A stretch of 63,916 nucleotides of DNA, the filler included, from Lenisia limosa (Eukaryota; Protista; Breviatea), in assembly GCA_001655205.1 (NCBI GenBank). It is 15 parts of 15 records of this genome, joined end to end, with 100 filler letters (N's around TTAATTAATTAA, not from the genome) between each part and the next. Parts side by side here need not be neighbours in the genome. Positions count along the whole stretch, not along the records: positions 56,325 to 62,562 come from LPNZ01001239.1; positions 62,663 to 63,916 come from LPNZ01003142.1; 13 more parts are not named here. One strand, written 5' to 3'. A model generated the notes under the pieces. The model saw nothing but the letters and a program-made list of their open reading frames with translations, ran no database searches and had not been told where the DNA came from. Within the stretch, counting starts at the first letter, position 1. Each line of letters begins with the position of its first letter. This document shows, piece by piece, positions 58,829-63,916 of this stretch. Position numbers and translations under genes: made by a program.

Positions 58829-61800
58829 ATGCTTAGAAATGGTATGATGGGATGTGGCAATGATATTGCAGTACAGTTGAGATCTTTTTATGTGACCATC
58901 TAGAATAGAAGGAAAGAGGCTTTTAAATTGAAATGTATCATTACCAACTTGATTCCGACCTGTTGACAACTGTAGCAAAATCACAAAAGCGTTATATCAT
59001 CGTTTACTCTTCCAGGAACCGCAAAGGATGGCTTCCTGTCGAAGTCAAAACTGGTGTCATTGACGGGCTGTTTTGCTGGTGTACAATTCGGATGTAAGGG
59101 GGGGGGGGGACTGAACTGCAGNNNNNNNNNNNNNNNNNNNNNNNNNNNNNNNNNNNNNNNNNNNNNNNNNNNNNNNNNNNNNNNNNNNNNNNNNNNNNNN
59201 NNNNNNNNNNNNNNNNNNNNNNNNNNNNNNNTATTATTTCCAGGGGCTCTTCAGATAGCGTTTGTGACCCCGATTTTCCGACTCTTGGGGCTGTCAGCCT
59301 TTTGGGTTGGATTTGTGGTAGGTGGGAAGTGTCAGAATATGGGAAAAGGGAATACATGACTGAATAAGTGAAATATATAAAGAAAGGTCTTTTGTGGTGA
59401 AACATTATGAAAGTTGGTGTCCTAAAATATAGCACCTAATTTTCTGATGGTGGGTTGAGTTGGCTCTTTTTTTTTTTGTTATATCACCTCGCCCAATAGT
59501 GGCTGGCGGGACCAATTTCAGGACTAGTGATGCAGCCCCTTGCTGGCGTGTTATCAGATAGGTATGAAGGAGTTATTGCCTGTTTCTAGTTAATGCAAGC
59601 TAGATGTAAAAGTTATGTTTCAAAACCTTGCATTCACACAATTGAATCGACTATCAGGTCCATCTGTTTACACCCCCCCCCCCCNNNNNNNNNNNNNNNN
59701 NNNNNNNNNNNNNNNNNNNNNNNNNNNNNNNNNNNNNNNNNNNNNNNNNNNNNNNNNNNNNNNNNNNNNNNNNNNNNNNNNNNTTGGATTCTGCTGGAAT
59801 AGAAAATATGGATGAACTTTATAATAAAATACACACGGCTGACAATTTATATCTGTTTTCGTTCTCCTTCCCGAATTATGGCTTTCTTTTAGAAATTCCT
59901 TATATAACGAGCATCACAATCCGAACAAATAAGATTAATTTAGTGGAGTAGAGTGGGAGACCTTCATCTTTTTTTTATTATTACTGTACCCTGATCCTTC
60001 AGTAATTGGAATGGCTCTGATCTCAAACGCTGAGTCAATGGGTTACCTTTTCTCGGATAGCAGCGACAGTCACCCCGTAGCTATTGCGATTTGTGTTGTT
60101 GCATTCTGGATCTTTGATCTTGCCAACAACACTGTGCAGGGTATGAAATACTGTGCTTGTCAGCACGATATGCAGCAGGTTTTTTTTTTGTAAAACTCAG
60201 GTTAAACCTTTTGGGAATGGTATTCATTTTAAATCATGATATCTAGGCCCTTGCAGAGCACTCCTGGTTGACTGCGCGCATGCGGAGCAGCAGAAAACGG
60301 GAAACAGTCTCTTCTCTATTATGCTCGGTTGGATATTGTAAGGTCCAGAATCTAATGGGCTCTGTATGAATTGATCCTATTCTTCCTTCCAATGACACAC
60401 AGGTGTAGGCAATCTTCTCGGCTTCTTAATTGGGGGATTGGACATTGTCCATACCTTCGGTTTCTTCGGTACCAACCTGAGAGCAGTTTTTTGTGGGGAA
60501 GGAGGATTAGTCGAGGAGTATAGATGATGTGGATACAACGGGAATGAAATAGTTAGTATCCCCATATGAATGATGAATATTCTAGAATCTCCCATCTTTT
60601 TAACCTAATTCTTACACTCGACCAACTCTTTTCTGACGACCCCACACTAGGTATTGCGGCAGTGTTTCTTGTTCTCTGTGTAAGTAATACGGTGCTGAGA
60701 GTCAAAGAAAAACAGCACATCTTACCAATTGGACATGGTAGCTGGGGTTATCAAACAGAGCATTATTAAATGTGACAAAAAGTTAACACTTTAGTTACAA
60801 CAAATCCTTTCAAAGAAATCATTTCCAACTTCCACGGCCTTCCAAAAGAGATGTGGAGAATTTGTTGCATGCAGCTTCTAGCTTGGTTTGTTTCAAATAT
60901 GGACAGTTAATATTGTGATGGTTCTCACTTTGGTTCAAACTTGAAATTACAGTTCAGGGTTGCTTGGTTTGTCTTCTTCATTTACGCAACTGACTGGGTA
61001 TGTATGAATAGGGTGTGCCTAGAATTGTTTTGGAGTGTCAAATTATTCAGTTTGTAATTAATGACATAGTACCATTCTTCATCTAAATTTCATTCGTTTA
61101 TCACCCCCTCCCCAAACAGGTTGGAGTCAATATCTTCAAGGGGGATCCAGATGCTGAGGATGACAGTGATGACAAAGATAAATACGAGGTGAGTGGTTTT
61201 AACATGCTGGGGATAGCTAATTTTTTAAAAGTGATTTTTCTGACCCCTGGAGGAAGGAGTGAGATGGGGAGCGTTGAGCCTCTGTGGGTTTAGTATCGTC
61301 ACACTGCTGTACTCACCCGTCATTCCAAGGATTATTTCTCACTTCGGAAGCAAGGTCAGCAAAGGGAAACTTCGTTACTTTTCCCTTTGCCCCACCCTCA
61401 AGACTATTTCGTTAAGGTTTTTAACCATGTAGACAGTCTATGCTATTGGGCAATCAGTGATTGCAGCGGTTTTACTAAGTTTGTTGGGCGTTGGTGTTTT
61501 TTTTTTGTCAACATGTGTTTGGCTCCCTGACAATATAGGTACCCCGATGGTCTCATCCAAATACGTGTCAATGGCATTGTTTTCTGTTTTGGGCATTACT
61601 TGGGCTACTACGTGGGAAGGGGGGACGAGGGTTTTTCCACAACAGACTGAAGCCTTTTGAGTGTTGTGCCTTTTTCATATCATATGATATCATAATATAT
61701 AATCATAATAATATTTCATCATGGAAACTTAATACATCGTATCATTGGTGCGCATTTCTAATACCATTTAGCATGGTGGTTCCCTTCACGATTGTTGGAA

Positions 61801-62330
61801 AGGTTTGTGGTGTTCATATTCAATAGGATATTATACCATGCTATTAGGATAGAAGAGAATAATATTTGATTGAATATATAGCGTATTATCCTCCAAGAAA
61901 GTTTTAAGGAGCAAGGGATTCAGCTTGACACATTTTCACTAGAAATGCTATTTCTGACTTCTGCAGTTGGCAGGTCCCGTTAAGTCTGGGGCCTGGATGG
62001 GCGTTTTCAACATCTTTGTGGTCTTGCCTCAACGTTGGAGGGAAGAATGGTGTTCTCGAGAAACGTCTTTAAAGAGATTTGATCCCGTTTTATAAAGAGT
62101 GTCGATATTTCCTGACACCACAGTCTTTGTGTCGCTGACAGTGGGTCAAGTCATCCGAATGGCTAACAATGATGTGACAGCCGGACTGTTCATTGGGGGC
62201 ATTTTTGCAGTTTTCTGTTAGTCTTTTGCTTTTTCTTTTACTCAACCTTAGCTCTGTTCTATATTCCATTAATTATTGACAAGCCACCTGGAGAGGATAC
62301 CGATCCCCTTGTCCTGAGTGGGAGGGAGGT
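58829..62330 (+). CDS. SLC45 / plant SUT-SUC-like sugar:H+ symporter (GPH family, MFS)
   Basis: AGVQFG, WLAGPISGLVMQPLAGVLSDR, FWIFDLANNTVQGPCRALLVD, GLPKEMWRICCMQLLAWFAWF, DWVGVNIFKGDP, YEEGVRWG and GAWMGVFNIFVVLPQ. Confidence 0.9.
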
Positions 62331-62778
62331 AGTGTCTACATACTCAGCCTTTTTTGTGAATGATATCCAATTTTTTCTAATTTTGTAGAAGTGGCTTCTC
62401 TCTAACGGAAGATATTTCTTTATGGCGTAATGGCGTATGTGTGTTATATGTATGATGTTTTCCTTCTGAGCGTAATCGATGACAAGTATCATAGTTTGGG
62501 GTTTTGGTTCCTCAGTTGAGGCATTATGAGGTTCTTAGGGAGTGAGAAGAAGGCCGCATTTGNNNNNNNNNNNNNNNNNNNNNNNNNNNNNNNNNNNNNN
62601 NNNNNNTTAATTAATTAANNNNNNNNNNNNNNNNNNNNNNNNNNNNNNNNNNNNNNNNNNNNGGGTTGGTCTTACTTCAAGGTATTTTAATTCATTTCAG
62701 AAGAGCTCATGGCATCCCTTATTATTTGTATCTCGAGATCAATTGTATTCATTGGATTTTAACAAAATAACAATTTAG

Positions 62779-63480
62779 GATTTCCTCCAAACGGTATCGA
62801 AAGAGGTGATACACATCAAAGGCAAGCAGCTCGTGAACTACCATGGTGGCTTCGACTTCTTCATCGAATCAAGAAAAATGGAGACTGTGTGCTGGGGACA
62901 GATTTAGAGCTGTGTTCAGGTCCAAAATATGACTAAAAGTTTCATATAGCCTCGATAAAACCCAGATTGATATCGATATTTAAATGTAAAGCTTCGCTTG
63001 AGGTTCCAAAAGACTGAAAAAATATTGATGTTCATCGAGGAATTATCGAGAATTCAGTCTTTGTTGGAACCAGAAATGAAGCTCTACCCTCATGCAATCA
63101 GGACGAAAATCGCCAAAAATCCGAAAGAGAAGAGCAGCAGATCAAACTCCTCACCAGCTACATCAGCAACCAGAAACCAGGGTAGGCTTATCTCATATAA
63201 TATTATAATACATACTATATATATATATAATATATATATGATATATTATATGCATATCGATATACACTATAAATATCAAAGTGTCTGCGATAAGTCCTGA
63301 CTAATAAGCTTAATCTTTAGTCAGCCGTATAAGCACTTATTGAGGTCACTGCACAGATATTCTACGTTGTATTCCCAGATTCTGTTCAACACATCTTCTT
63401 GTTTTCATCACAACCAGACGAAAGCGAAAGGAGAAGGAGCATATTCTGACAGAGCTGCAGAAGAAACACGAGCACACATG
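62779..63480 (+). CDS. ABC-F family ATPase fragment (end of an NBD plus linker)
   Basis: DFLQTVSKEVIHIKGKQLVNYHGGFDFF resembles HDRxFLxxVxxxIxxL...YxGNY; coiled linker exons follow. Confidence 0.68.
62989..63084. mobile_element. Family B MITE, diverged
   Basis: TA|aagcttcg..ggttccaaaagactgaa...ttcagtctttgttggaacc..tgaagctc|TA. Confidence 0.6.
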
Positions 63481-63916
63481 TACAGAAAACGAGGTTCGAT
63501 TTGTTTTGGGTGTTGGGCAATCAAACCTTGATTATGCCTTTAAAAACGTATCACTAACTTATATACATTGTACATCATGCATGTATGTTGATGCGTTGTA
63601 CAATGGTAACCCGTATCACATATGATATGATATACTATATACATAGCAAATGTGGATGCAACTTGTTTTCAATGCCTTAGCCTGAAGTTTAGTGAACACC
63701 CACCATCGACACACATATAATCCATTTACCCCATCATCCCATCTGTAGTACTATACTTATGTGCTGTAGTAACTGTAGGGATCTGATCTGCTTTTGTCAA
63801 TCTTTTTCAGGCTGCAGAAACCATTATATTATCGGTCTTTTTCTGACCGGCAGTGGTTCCATAGTTTACCCGTCTTCGGTCCGTTACTCCCTACAGGTGG
63901 TGGAAGAAGCAATGGG

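Overview
This is not a prokaryotic locus. It is an intron-rich eukaryotic (probably protist, amoeboid-like by inference) draft assembly: 15 short scaffolds joined by 14 artificial 100-bp spacers (N44-TTAATTAATTAA-N44), so synteny holds only within a scaffold. Genes recognised by manual splicing and translation: a Met/Asn-rich protein, two ankyrin-repeat proteins, a complete Churchill (CHURC1) zinc-binding protein, a class 3 lipase, an intron-containing class II (B12-dependent, NrdJ/RTPR-type) ribonucleotide reductase, eIF3d, gamma-COP, a WH2/Pro-rich/SH3 protein, a class I cyclic-nucleotide phosphodiesterase (possibly with an N-terminal membrane domain), a signal-peptide/C2H2/TM protein, an SLC25A39/40-like carrier, TRAPPC9/Trs120, an SLC45/sucrose-transporter homologue and an ABC-F fragment. 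One scaffold (12124-17177) is a DNA-transposon cluster: a TA-flanked Tc1 element, a second Tc1 fragment and a degenerate DDE_1/pogo-like transposase. The most striking signal is non-coding. At least five short repeat families populate the introns: (C) ~120-nt near-identical whole introns in unrelated genes (introner-like); (D) a shared intron 3'-end module; (E) TA-flanked MITEs whose termini match the Tc1 TIR; (B) TA-flanked hairpin MITEs as short as 39 bp; (A) a ~150-bp repeat without clear TIRs. All identities and alignments were judged by eye; no database search was run.
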